Below are positions 32,089 through 43,098 of a stretch of 64,000 bases of DNA, in pieces. The notes below the pieces were generated by a model, which worked only from the letters and a program-made list of their open reading frames with translations, did no database searches and was not told where the DNA came from. A program made the position numbers and the translations under genes. Numbering within the stretch: position 1 is the stretch's first letter; the number at the start of each line of letters is the position of its first letter. The stretch lies in contig RQSC01000033.1 of the NCBI GenBank assembly GCA_013416795.1, positions 162,280 through 226,279 on the forward strand. Direction: 5' to 3'. Origin of the DNA: Prasinococcaceae sp. CCMP 1430. Its lineage: Eukaryota > Plantae > Prasinodermophyta.

Positions 32089-34292
32089 ATGGCGGAGGTG
32101 CAGGATGCGATCGCCCTCCTGCAGAAGCAGGCGTCCACCGGCGGCGGCTCGGTCTTCGACGCGCTCGCGTCGGTCATTGGCGAGGTGCGCGCGCGAGCGC
32201 TTGGGTGCCCGCATGCGTTCGTGTGCATGGTAGTTCCGTGCCTGCGCGCGCGCGAGCGCACGCGCGCGCGCGCGCGGACGCGCGCGCGCGAGGGCGCGCG
32301 CGTGCAAGCGAGCGCGCGCGGGGGGGGGCGAGTAGCAGGCTCCATCTTGTGAGGGACGGATGGAATGGCGGGGGGAGGGGCGAGCGAAAAGCCCCGCGTC
32401 GCCGCGCGCATGGGGTGCTCCCATACGTGCCCGCGCGCGCGCCCCACCCCACCCCCCCGCGTAGCCTCTCCCGAACAAGCGCGTTATTCGTACCTTTAGT
32501 CACACCGCGCATGCGCATGCGCGCGTGCTTGAGGGGATGGGCGGCGTGTCGCACGCGTCTGCCGCCCCTGTGAGCCAACGGGGTCGCGTGCACACCTGGC
32601 AGCAGAGAAGCCCGCTAACTCCGCTGCCAACACTGCTCCCGCCTGCGGCTGCACGACCCCCGGCATGCGCGGCGCTGGCCCGGCGTGCGTGCGCCCCTGC
32701 TCGCCCGTTCGCCCGCTGGCGTGCGTGTTCGTGCAAACGGCGTTCGCACCCGCTCGCACCTGCAGGTGCTCGAGTCGAAGGCCGACGACGCAGTCGACCT
32801 GCTGGAGACGACGCTCCTTACCAAGAAGACGGCTTTTGCGCCCAGCGCTGGTGCCACGCCCACCGCCTTGCCTGCCGAGGCCGAGGCCGACGCACGTGCG
32901 CGAGGCGCGCTCTTTGCACCCGCAGGTGAGTGCGCCTCTAGAGCAATCTATGCGGTCGCGGACGGTCTATGCGCGCGCGCATGGGGATAGGCGCGAATGC
33001 GCGAGCATATCACCGACGCCGGGGTGCAAAGGGTGGGGGGGGATCATGCACACGCATTTGGTTTTACTGAGCGAATGGGCGTGCTTCCCGTGCGCCATAC
33101 CGCCGCACGCGCATCTGACGCGAATCTGCTTACACGCACTCGCTCACGCGCGTTCGCGAATGCAGCCCCTCCCGTGAACGAGGAGACCGGCGAACCCGAG
33201 GCCGTTGAGCCTCCCAACGAGTACAAGGCAGAGGACATGCTGGCAAACACAGCGCTGCTTGACGCCGTGGGCGCCGCATTGCCGCCCGCGGAGGCGTATG
33301 CGGTCATGCTGGCCGCCAAGACGCTCGGTGAGGACCCCGCTCGCAAGCTCGACTCCGTTAGATTCTTCGGGAAGATCCTGGGTACTTCGTCCAACTACTA
33401 CGTGTACGAGGCGACCCTCAAGGAAAAGCCCCCTGAAGCCGCAACCACGGCTGAGGGTGCCGTTCCTGCTGAGCTGAACGTTGGCACCAACTTCTACAAG
33501 TACCTGGTGGCGTCCGCACCCGGCGCTCCCGCGACTGAGCTTCCGGACGTCACTCCGGAGATGATCGTGGTCAGCCGCAAGCTCAAGAGGTACCTGACAG
33601 GCGACCTGGGTGCGGAAGTGAGCGCCTACCCGCGATTCCCGGGCCATGAGGCGGAGTACCTTCGCGCGGTGATCGCGCGCATCGCCGCCGACACTGTGCT
33701 GGCGCCGGCAGGATACTACACGCTCTCGGAGGAGAACGGCAACCTGGCCCCATCCGAGGACTACGCTCCGCCCGATGCCAGCAAGCTGGCTAGCGCGGCT
33801 GGCTGGGTCCACCGCTACCCGGCGGTGCTGCCGCAGGGCCGCTGCGAGTTCTGGGCGCCCGAACCGGTGGAGCCAGCCGAGGGGGAGGAGGCGCCAGCGC
33901 CGGTGGAGCCCGAGGTCGGCCCCCCGCTGCTGTACTCGGCCGCCGAGGACAAGGCGGAGCCTGCGGCTGAGGGCGAGGAAGGCGCCGGCCTGTGGGTGGG
34001 GGTGTCATCATCGAGCCTGGCGTCAGTTCCCTATAAGGTGGCGGGTGTGCGCTCGATGAAGTGGCCGGGCGCGTATGCCGTGGGTCGTGGAGCGGACTTC
34101 ACAAATGTGTACATTGGCGACGGCGTAGAGACCAAGAAGTATGTGCCGCCCCCGCCGCCGGCGATGGAGAGCGAGTTCGAGGGGGAGCTCACAGAGAGTA
34201 CCGAACTGCCGCCCGCGCCCGAGGTCGAGGGCGAGGCGGAAGCCGAGGAGGAGGGGGAGGGGGATGCGGAGGAGACGCCTGCTGAGGAGTAG
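32089..34292 (+). CDS. RSP4: Radial spoke head protein RSP4/6 family; introns ~32185-32766 and ~32926-33165
   Basis: VRFFGKILGT..NYYVYE, LPDVTP, KRYLTGDL, YPRFPGHEAEYLRAVIARI, RSMKWPGA and NVYIGDG, with an acidic tail. Confidence 0.9.
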
Positions 34293-34316
34293 AGTGAAGC
34301 AAGGCCGACGACGCAT

Positions 34317-34352
<36 letters not shown>

Positions 34353-34546
34353 CGCGCGCCCGCGTATGGAGTTGCGAGCGCCTCAGTAACAAATGTCTCA
34401 AGCGAAGAAGGCGATGCTGACGGCGTGAGCAGCCCACGCTCGGCGTGAGCACGCGCGCGCGCAGGCATCTTTTGCCGCTGACGACCGGCTCAAACGAGAT
34501 GAATAGGTGATGATACAGGTGTTAAGTACACGCGCGGGCGCAAAGG

Positions 34547-37500
34547 TCATGAGTACTTGTGCTCCTGCCCAAACTTCGTGAGCACTGTCCCATTGTATGC
34601 TAGACGCACGATGACGCTCTCGACCTCCTGAAGGTCGCCAAACTTGTCACGTGACTTCTTGAACGCTGAAGGCTCGGGCACGTCGACGCACAGGACCCGC
34701 GAGGCCGACTCCCAGACGGCGTCTGTGTACTGGAGCCCCACCTTTTTGGATCCAAACACGCACTGCAAGCCATCCGCCAGGGACCGCACGAAACCCGACC
34801 CCAGCAGCGCGAGCGTGCGCGCGCCGCTGCCACCGCCACCACTGGCGCTACCGCCAGGGTATGCCAGCGAGTGCACCTCGAGCCACTGGCAGCTAGCGCT
34901 CACCTTCTGGGCCCAGTCCGGCAGCGGGCACCAGAAGGAGTTCTGGCCGACGTTGACGTTCAGGGTGCGCTCCAGAGGCTCGCCCATCTCGCCCTTGTAG
35001 GGGATGGGATCGAGGAGATCGGCCGGCAGCACACCATGCAGGTCGTTGTGAGCGAGGTCCACCGTCTCGAGCGAATGGAAGAAGCCATCGCGTCCGAGGC
35101 GTGCAGGCAGCGCGCCACTCAGGCGATTGTGCGAAAGCTTCAGCTCCCGCAGCGAAGCCATGCCACCAAGCCGTGCATCGAGTTCACCACTGAGCTTGTT
35201 GTGACTGAGATCGAGGTCATGCAGCCAGTACATGCCGCCCCACTCGCCGGGTATGGCCCCAGTGAGCGCGTTGCTCGCCAAATTGAGCACGGCCAGCTCG
35301 GAGAGCGAGCCCATCACCGCCGGCAGCGTACCGCGCAGCGACGCGCCTGCTATGCTGAGCGACTGCAGACGCGTCGCATTGCCCAGCTCGGGCGGCAGCG
35401 TACCACCTAGCGGGTTTGCATTGAGATTGAGGATAGTCAGGCGCGGCATGGCCCCGAGCGCGGGCGGTACGCCGCCGACCAGGCCGTTGCCCGAAAGGTC
35501 GAGGTGCGTGAGCACTGGGGCGCGCGTCAGTGCGTCAGGGACGCCGCCAGTGAATCGATTGTATCCGAGTTCGAGGATCCTGAGCCCCTCCATTTCACCC
35601 AGCTCCTCAGGAATGGGCCCCGACAGGCGATTCGACGATGCCTTGAGAATCATGAGGCTCTTCGATTCGAGCAGATCTGCGGGCAGCGTGCCAGTCAGAC
35701 GGTTGATGCTCACGTCGAGCTCGTACAGGTGGGGCAGAGCGCCGAGGCCCGGTAGGATGCTGCCCGTGTAGCGATTGCCACTCAGCCGCAGGTGCGACAG
35801 TCCACGCAGGTACAGCACCTCCGACGGCATGGGCCCGTCGAAGGCGTTGCCGGACATGTCCAGGATCGACAGCCACGCGCAGCCCCAAAGCCAGTTGGGC
35901 AGGCCGCCCTTGAGCTTCGAGTTGGCGAGGCTCACCTCGCGCAGCCGACAGCCGTCTGCCTCCCAGTACCATCCCTCGCTCATATATTCCATTGGAAGCA
36001 TGAGGCGGCCCTCACCGGGAATGGCGAGAGAGCGCTCGCCCTCGGCTGCCGCAACGATCGCGCCGCTGCCAGCTTCTTCACTGTCGCGGGCCTCCTCCGC
36101 CGCGTCGTCGCTGCACTCGTCCTCCGCAAGAGCCCGCGCGTCCGCTCTCTTCCCCGCTGGGGCACCTCCATCCTCTCTCATGCCGCGCCCCGCCTCGGCC
36201 TTCGCCGCCGCCACTTCCGCCGAGCCGAGCGACGGCACGCCCGACGGCACAGTGGCGGCAGGCAGCGCCCCGAGCGGCGGCCTCGGTGGCAGCGCGCCCT
36301 GCAGCGCGTCCTCCATGGGTGCCAGCTGTAGCAGCCGCGTGGGCTCCCACTCCCACGCAGGAAAGGTTCCGCCCAGCGCATTGTCGCTCAGATCGAGCAC
36401 CTCGAGATTGGAGAGCGCCCCCCACTCCTCTGGGATAGGGCCCCGCAGCTGGTTTTTGCTCAGCTTGAGCACCTGCAGCTTGGACAGCCTGCCGAGCTCG
36501 GGAGGGAGCGGCCCGGCAAGCGCATTGTCGCTGAGGTCGAGCACGCGCAGCTCTTGGAGGTCGCCCAGCCACGCCGGCAGGCCCTGCGCGACGCCCGCGC
36601 CGAGTCGCTTGTCCCCCTGGCAGCCTATGACGAGCACCTGCAGATTCGTAAGCCTGGAGAGGCTCTCCGGGATCTCGCCGCGCAGGTAGTTATTGCTCAT
36701 GTCGAGGTACTTGAGCTCCGTCATCTGGCTGACGATGTCTGCCCACGCAGTATCGTTGCCGTACTCGCACAGCACATTCTGGTAGTTGAGCACCAGCTCG
36801 GTCACGCGCCCGCCCGAGCACACCACGCCGTCCCAGTGGTCCGTGCACGGGTCGCCCGACATCCAGCTGCGCCGGGCTTTCCAGTTGTACCCCCAGCACG
36901 CCTCGTACAGCTCGCGTAGTGGCACCACGTCGGGGGACATTGGCAGAACGAGCGGGCTCGAGCGCGCGGCCAGCGCGTCGGCGGTGCCCTCGGCGGTGCC
37001 TTCGCCCTCGTTGCCGACGCTCTGCACGCGCGGCTCGAGCGCGTCGGGCGGCACGCTGAGGTCTGCTTGCTTCGCCGCGCGCTTCTTCGCTCGCCGCTGC
37101 TCGCGCCGCTTGCGCTTGGCCACCTCGGCGGGATCCTCGAGCTCCTCGAAGTCCTCCGGGACCTTGCCGTGTTTGCCCTGCCAGTGGTACTTCCACCAGT
37201 CGCGCACACTCTTGCGCAGGCCGAGGTCGTGGCGCGGCCGCGCGGCCGCCTCACCGCCGGGCTCGCCGCTGAGCATGAGGAGCTGCGCGGGCGCGGGCGC
37301 GCGTGCGCGTGTGAGTGCGTGTTTTGCAGCAACCTCGGGCGTCGGCGCGGCGCATGCGCACGAGCCCGCGGATGCGCCTTCGCGCTTCCTCGCGCTCGCG
37401 CGAGGTCGACTTACCTGGCTCGCCGCCCCCGGCCCGAGCATTAGCCCGGCGGGTGTCGGCGTGCGCGCGAGACGGTGCGCGTGGTACGGCAGCGCGGCGT

Positions 37501-37642
37501 AGTCGGGCAGCTCCTCGCGCGTGGGGTCGTACGCCGGCGGGCCGTACAGCCGTGAGCGAGGGACCTGCGCGTGCGCGCCGCGCGGCGCTCGCGCCGCGAG
37601 CGTCGCCAACGCCGCGAACGCCGCGAGCGCGACCGCGAGCGA
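34547..37642 (-). CDS. Secreted plant-type leucine-rich-repeat protein with C-terminal IPT/TIG-like domain; probable intron 37283-37414; extreme 5' end lost
   Basis: Signal-peptide remnant SLAVALAAFAALATLAA, N-cap W..GDPC..WDGVVC and many LxxLxxLDLSxNxLxGxIP repeats. Confidence 0.88.
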   Translation of the reverse strand, partial: SLAVALAAFAALATLAARAPRGAHAQVPRSRLYGPPAYDPTREELPDYAALPYHAHRLARTPTPAGLMLGPGAASQVSRPRASARKREGASAGSCACAAPTPEVAAKHALTRARAPAPAQLLMLSGEPGGEAAARPRHDLGLRKSVRDWWKYHWQGKHGKVPEDFEELEDPAEVAKRKRREQRRAKKRAAKQADLSVPPDALEPRVQSVGNEGEGTAEGTADALAARSSPLVLPMSPDVVPLRELYEACWGYNWKARRSWMSGDPCTDHWDGVVCSGGRVTELVLNYQNVLCEYGNDTAWADIVSQMTELKYLDMSNNYLRGEIPESLSRLTNLQVLVIGCQGDKRLGAGVAQGLPAWLGDLQELRVLDLSDNALAGPLPPELGRLSKLQVLKLSKNQLRGPIPEEWGALSNLEVLDLSDNALGGTFPAWEWEPTRLLQLAPMEDALQGALPPRPPLGALPAATVPSGVPSLGSAEVAAAKAEAGRGMREDGGAPAGKRADARALAEDECSDDAAEEARDSEEAGSGAIVAAAEGERSLAIPGEGRLMLPMEYMSEGWYWEADGCRLREVSLANSKLKGGLPNWLWGCAWLSILDMSGNAFDGPMPSEVLYLRGLSHLRLSGNRYTGSILPGLGALPHLYELDVSINRLTGTLPADLLESKSLMILKASSNRLSGPIPEELGEMEGLRILELGYNRFTGGVPDALTRAPVLTHLDLSGNGLVGGVPPALGAMPRLTILNLNANPLGGTLPPELGNATRLQSLSIAGASLRGTLPAVMGSLSELAVLNLASNALTGAIPGEWGGMYWLHDLDLSHNKLSGELDARLGGMASLRELKLSHNRLSGALPARLGRDGFFHSLETVDLAHNDLHGVLPADLLDPIPYKGEMGEPLERTLNVNVGQNSFWCPLPDWAQKVSASCQWLEVHSLAYPGGSASGGGGSGARTLALLGSGFVRSLADGLQCVFGSKKVGLQYTDAVWESASRVLCVDVPEPSAFKKSRDKFGDLQEVESVIVRLAYNGTVLTKFGQEHKYS

Positions 37643-37643
37643 N

Positions 37644-38175
37644 CCCCCCCGGCTGTGCCGCCGTCGCAATCGAGGCACCGCCAGGGCCGCCCTGAGTGCC
37701 GGGAAACGCTGGTTCGATGGGCGCTTGCCCAAGCACGGCCGGCCCTGCGATTTCAAGGCCCCCTTCGACACTCATCTCCAAGTTGAGCGCCGTAAGCGAA
37801 GACCATGCCAATCCGTGATCCGGTACCAGCCGCAGCGCCTCGCTGAAGCACTCCTTTGCAGCCTCATTGAGCCCCTGGACGCGCAGCAGCTGGCCCATGC
37901 TCACGTGCACGTCGACGAGAGTCGGGTCAAGAAGCAATGCGGAACGATGGCAATCGAGCGCCAACGAGTAGGAGCCCTTCGCCACGTAAGCCGCGGCCAG
38001 GTGGGCGTACGCCGCCGCGTAGTTTGGGTCCAGAGCGATGGTCTTGAGGTAGTATTGGAGCGACAAGTCCAGGTCCCCTACGTCACGCAGTGCGTTTGCC
38101 ATGTTGAGGTAGGCCTCGGCCATGGTTGGCTCTAGCTGAATGAGCTGCTGGTTGATCGCAATGCATGCCGAGAGT
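37644..38175 (-). CDS. TPR fragment resembling the N-terminus of O-GlcNAc transferase SEC/OGT
   Basis: CIAINQQLIQLEPTMAEAYLNMANALRDVGDLDLSLQYY...AYAHLAAAYVAKG...LDPTLVDVHVSMGQLLRVQG...LAWSSL parallels SEC TPR repeats. Truncated at N37643. Confidence 0.7.
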
Positions 38176-38524
38176 CGCGCGCGGGGCGGCGCGTGTCGCC
38201 GATGGCGCGCAGGCACTGCGGCGCGCGAGAGGGAGGCGCGCCCGCGCCCGCGCCCGCGCCCGCACGCATGTGCGCTGAGCGGTGGACCTATGCGTGCGCG
38301 TGAGCGTGCGAGCGTGCGCACGTATGCGAGCACGCGTGCGCACGCGCGCGCGAGAGAGAGAGAGGGCGAGCGCGTGCGCGCGCAAGAGAGAGAGCGCACG
38401 CCACGCGCAAACGAGCACGCATCAGTGGGTGCGCACATGCATGCGTTCGCGCGCACAGTCAGCGTCTGAGCAGGTCGGCACCACCCGAGATCACGCGCGC
38501 CCTCGCGCACTCGCGTTGGCGCAC

Positions 38525-38695
38525 CTCGATGGCGACATCAATGACCACCGCCTCGAGAAGCGCGGCGAAGGCCGCGACGGTCTGTGCGCTGCGGCTCGAG
38601 GGCGACGCGACCAGCGCCGCCGCCGCGGCCGCGGCGGTCGCCTCGTCTCCCTCCGCCGCCTGGTCTGCTCCCGGCGCGGCCGCGGAGGGGCTCAT
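38525..38695 (-). CDS. First exon of a possible SGF11/ATXN7L3-like SAGA subunit
   Basis: ATG 38695...FAALLEAVVIDVAIE|gtgcgc resembles the SGF11 motif LLDSIIxDVAxE(CH). Confidence 0.4.
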
Positions 38696-38845
38696 CGGTC
38701 GGTCGCGCGCGTGCGCGTGCCACTGACCACTACGCCGCGCTGCGCGCGGGCGCGCTGCACGGGCGCGCGGGCGCAAGAGAGAGGGTCGCGCACGCGCAGC
38801 GCGCAAAGGACCCGCGCGGCGAGCACGTCTCGCGTGCCTGCTGCG

Positions 38846-39566
38846 ATGGGCGTCCTCGCTGAGGCCACGGCGGCGCTCGCGCCCGCCGCCCTGCGGCTCG
38901 ACGGGGGCGCTGGCAGTTTGGGCGCTGAGCAATTCCTGCGAGCGTGCGGCCTGGTGCTACCCGTGCTTGGGGCGCTCGGCGCAGGGCTCGCCGTCGTCAA
39001 GGCGGACATCGGTGGCAATATAGATAGGCTGAGCAAGCGTCGCGAGGAGGACCCGGGCAAGTACAAAGCGCTCTTCGACATCGTCAGGGTGAGGGCGCGC
39101 GACCTCTTGTGCGCACGCTACAGAGCGCGGGCCTGCATGCGTCCTGGCGCTCACGCCTGCGCACCGACGCGCGCGCGCGCGCGCGCCCAATCCCCGCACG
39201 CAGGCTGAGATGGATGCACGCACAGCCTCGCGCACCGACTCGTGCACTAACGCGCTCCTGTGGCTGCGCCGCGCGATGGCCTTCGTCGCGGCACTGGTGG
39301 GCGAGCTCGCGTCGGACGCGTCGCTCGAGTGCGCCCCGGCGGCCGCCGCGGCGTACGAGCGCACGCTCAAGCGGCACCACGGCTGGCTCGTGCAGCAGGG
39401 CGTCACGCTCGCGCTCAAGCTCGCTCCGGCGCGCGCGCGCTTCGAGGCCGCCACGGGCGGCGCCGGCGCCGACGAGATGGCCGCGTTCGTCGCGGCGGCG
39501 GAGCCGGCGCTCGAGGAGGTGCGCGTGTTCCTCGACACGCACGGCCTGGACGACGTCGCCGTGTAG
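38846..39566 (+). CDS. GLTP: Glycolipid transfer protein (GLTP); intron 39089-39203
   Basis: FLRAC..VLPVL..LG....VKADIGGNIDRL, SCTNALLWLRRAMAF and AYERTLKRHHGW. Confidence 0.93.
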
Positions 39567-39979
39567 CACGAAGCGTCCATCCAAACCCGGATCAAACCGA
39601 CGCCGCCACTGAATTGTACACTACCGCCGATTCGAAATTTGGTACCACGTCTTTGATCCTTTTGTGCGCGCCCGCCGGCGAGTTCGTACGGAATCGCAAC
39701 GAATGTGTGACTCTGCGGTTTGGTTGGGCGACGGCAGCCCAAGCGGCGGCGGCGTTCCCCCGAGCGCCAATCGGAGCGCCCCGCACGCACGCGCGCGTGC
39801 GCGCGCGCACTGGGAGCCCCCACCTGAGGGAGAGAGGCGCGCGGCGTCCCGCGCACCCGTGCTCTCTCTCTCTCACGCGCGCGCGCGCGTGCGTGTGAAG
39901 ACGCGCGCGCGAGAGCGGGTGCGTGCGGGTGCCACTCCCTCGTTGATTTTCGCGCGCGCGCGCGCGCGCGCGCGCAGCG

Positions 39980-42689
39980 ATGGTGGCCGTCCCGGTCGAG
40001 AGCAGCGACGACGAGCGCGACGCGGGCGGCGACGCGGCCACAGGCTACGACGACGCGCGCTGGGGTACGCAGTACGCGGAGGGCGGTGTGAAAGCTGGCG
40101 GCGGGGCCGACGCGGCGGCGCTCGGGGCAGCGCGCGCGAGAGCGAAGGAACGCTTCGACGCTGGCGACTTCGAGGCTGCCGCGGAGGTGTACACGGAGGC
40201 CCTCGACGGCGCCGCGCGCGCGGCAGTGGGAAGCCATGCGGCACAGCTGTACTTGAACCGCGCGCTGTGCTCGCTGCGTCTGGGCGCACCCGACGCGGCG
40301 CTCTCTGATGTTGACCTCGCCGCAGCGGCGCTGGGCGCCGCTGAGCGCACGACGGGCTTGCCCGCGGGCGGCAGCGAGGCTTCCGCGCGGCGGCTCGAGG
40401 CCAAGTGCGAGTATACAGCAGCGCGCGCGCACCTGCTGCGCGCCGAGCAGGGCGAGGCGGGCGCGGCGACGAAGGCCATCGATGCCGCGCGCGCGGGCCT
40501 GCGGGTGCGTTCGGGCGACAGCGCGCTTGTCGCTGCGCTTGGCGAGGGCCTTGCCCTCTTGGGCAGCCCGGTGCTGGCATCGCACTTTGCCGCGCTCATC
40601 GAGGACGCGCAGGCGATGAGGGCTGGGGCGCTCTCAGCCCGTGACGGCAAGTGCATCAAGCCCGTGCCCCAGGACATCCGTCTTAGCTCACGCGAGCTGT
40701 GCGACGGGCTGGAGAAGTTCATCCTGGGGCGCGAGGCGGAGGTGCGCGACCTGCTGGCGGCCGGCTGGGCTTCGGGTGGCGAGTACCCGTCGCGGCGGCT
40801 CAAGTTCGTGCTGTACGGGCTCCGTTCGGCAGCGTATCGCCGCTCGCCGCCGGCACCAGTCGGATGTGGTCGCGTGCGCTCGCGCATCGAACAGGCCGTG
40901 GCCGATGCCAAGGCTGCCGTCGCGCACTCGCCTGAGATGTCGCGCCGCGCCTGGGGGGAGGAGTTTGCCGCGCTCAGTGCACCACAGCGCGACCCCGTCA
41001 CGGGCATGCTGCCCTCGGCGAAGGAGAGAAAGATGGAGGCGAAGCGCTCCCTCGCGCGGCGCTTCATGGACGAGGACGAGAACGCTGGGCGCGCCATTGT
41101 CAAATACGTCGACGAGGCTCGCCCGCACTTGGCGCTCATCCCAAGAGCAGACGGGGGCGGTGGCATCCTCGACGCGTGCGTTGATGCCGAGCACCTGGCC
41201 GTCACCTCGGCGGGCGCGGGCGTCACCGACGGCTGCGTCAATGTGCCGCGCAAGACGTGGCCGCGCGCGTACGCGCTGCTTGGCGACGCGAATGCGGGCA
41301 CCAAGGACTGGCCGCAGGTGCGCATTGTGTCTGAGTCCCGCGAGCGAGCGAGCGAGCGAGCGAGCTCGGCGTGCGTGAGTGCTGACCGGAGCCAGTCGCG
41401 CCGGCTGCCCACGCGGGCTCGAACAGGCTGCGCTGTACTTCCGGCGCGCTTTCGAGGCCGACCCGAGTTGCGAAGAATACATCGAAGAGCTGCGGCAAGC
41501 CTGTCGCTGGCTGCCAACCAAGCAGGCGGAGGCACTCATGAGCCAGGGTGCCGACAAGTTCGAGGTGCTCCTGGTCGAGGACAAGCTCATGACTGGCCCT
41601 GGCTACCTGCGGCCGCGCGAGGAGTATGCCAACTACTATCGCTGGATGCGCGAGCGCATCTACGAGCACTACCCTTCGCTGCCCGAGCCTGTGATGCAGA
41701 AGCTGCTCAAGCATGATGCCTACGAACTCGACCTATTGCTGTCATTCCCCAAGGCCATCAAGGGGCAGACCGACGAGTACCTTGAAGTGTATCGCAAGGA
41801 CGGCGGCGAATACCTCGAGAGCTACCAGACACCGATGCTCACGTGGGACGAGGTGAAGGCCATGAAGGGCCCAGGCATGGCGGGTTTGCAGGATACCTCG
41901 AATGTGGGGCCAGGCCAGGACGCGTTGCCAGCTGGCACGTACGGATACGAGGTGCGAGGCGCGTGGAGAGCGTCCCGCGTACATCCGCGCGAACCGTGGG
42001 CCCGTTTGCTATCGCTAACGCGCCACTGCCCTGCGCGCACCCGCGCGCCTGCCTCCGCGTCCTTTTCCATGCGCAGGCTGCGGAAAAGGACACAGATCAT
42101 TCGGCGCTGCCCTCACGCGGCGACGGCGGCCTCACCGCCGCCGAGCGGCTCGGTGCGCCCGCACCGACACAGCTGCCACCCGACCGCAAACGAGATGTCG
42201 ACCAAATCATGTGGGGTGCCGGGAGGCTGAGGAAGGAGATCGAGGCAAGCTCAGCGGGGGCCGCACCGCTAGGCTCGAGGCAGGCGGTCATTCTGCGCGA
42301 GAGGAATGAGAAGGTGCGTGAAATCTGGCGCGCTCTGAGAGCGCGAACTTGCGGACACGAGAGCAAACGAAAAATGACGCGCGTGCGCGCGCGCGCGCGC
42401 GCGTGGCTCCGCCCCAGCTCGCTGACCGGTGCCCCCTCGGCACCACCGCGCGCCAAAACGCACAGTTGGAAGCCATGCACTCGGGTGGCAAGGCTGCGCT
42501 TCTAGAGGACGCATTCGGCGCAGATGCGTCGCTCGCGGCTGCGCGGAAGGCGGATGCGACGGCCGCTGCCGCCGCCCGCCGCGCGGAGATACTCGCTGCC
42601 GCCGACGATGCCGCGGCTGCGGCCGCAGCCACCCTGAGCTCAAGCACATTCAGCACCACGGGCGACCTCGACGAGATGGATGTGCGTGA
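39980..42689 (+). CDS. TPR-containing protein of unknown function; introns ~41318-41427, ~41952-42075 and ~42314-42465
   Basis: Co-chaperone-type TPR (RAKERFDAGDFEAAAEVYTEAL...LYLNRALCSLRLG) and a second TPR (TWPRAYALLGDA...LYFRRAFEADP). Splice sites join the track ORFs. Confidence 0.7.
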
Positions 42690-43098
42690 GCGAGTGTTGC
42701 GCGAGCACCAATGCGCGCACGTCTTTGCACGCGCGCAGCGCTTGATCCTCACCCTATGCCCGCCCCGCCCTCTCCTTTGGGCGCATTCGCCCACCCCAAC
42801 CGCCCGCTCGCGCCCTGCAGTGATTTGCGCATGGCTCCCACTTTGTATTTTCGCCTGCACTGGCTCCTTCGTTACTGCGATCGTCAGTGCTGCCCGCCTC
42901 GCGCGATCGCGTGCGTTCGCACGCGCGCTCCGGCTCGGGCGAAGAATGTCGTACGGACAGCGACGGCGCCCCCCCCCATCCCACCCGCGGCGCAGTGAGC
43001 TGTCCGCGGGACCGCTGGCCGAGCCCGCGAACCCATTGCCGAGCCCTTTCGACGCGCCAGTCTTCGACGCACGCAAGCGATCCGACCGGGCTCGGCCT

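Noticed and set aside
34547-37771. N-terminal extension of the 1074-aa LRR ORF
   Set aside because: It crosses the N join at 37643. The upstream part belongs to the OGT-like fragment in another frame.
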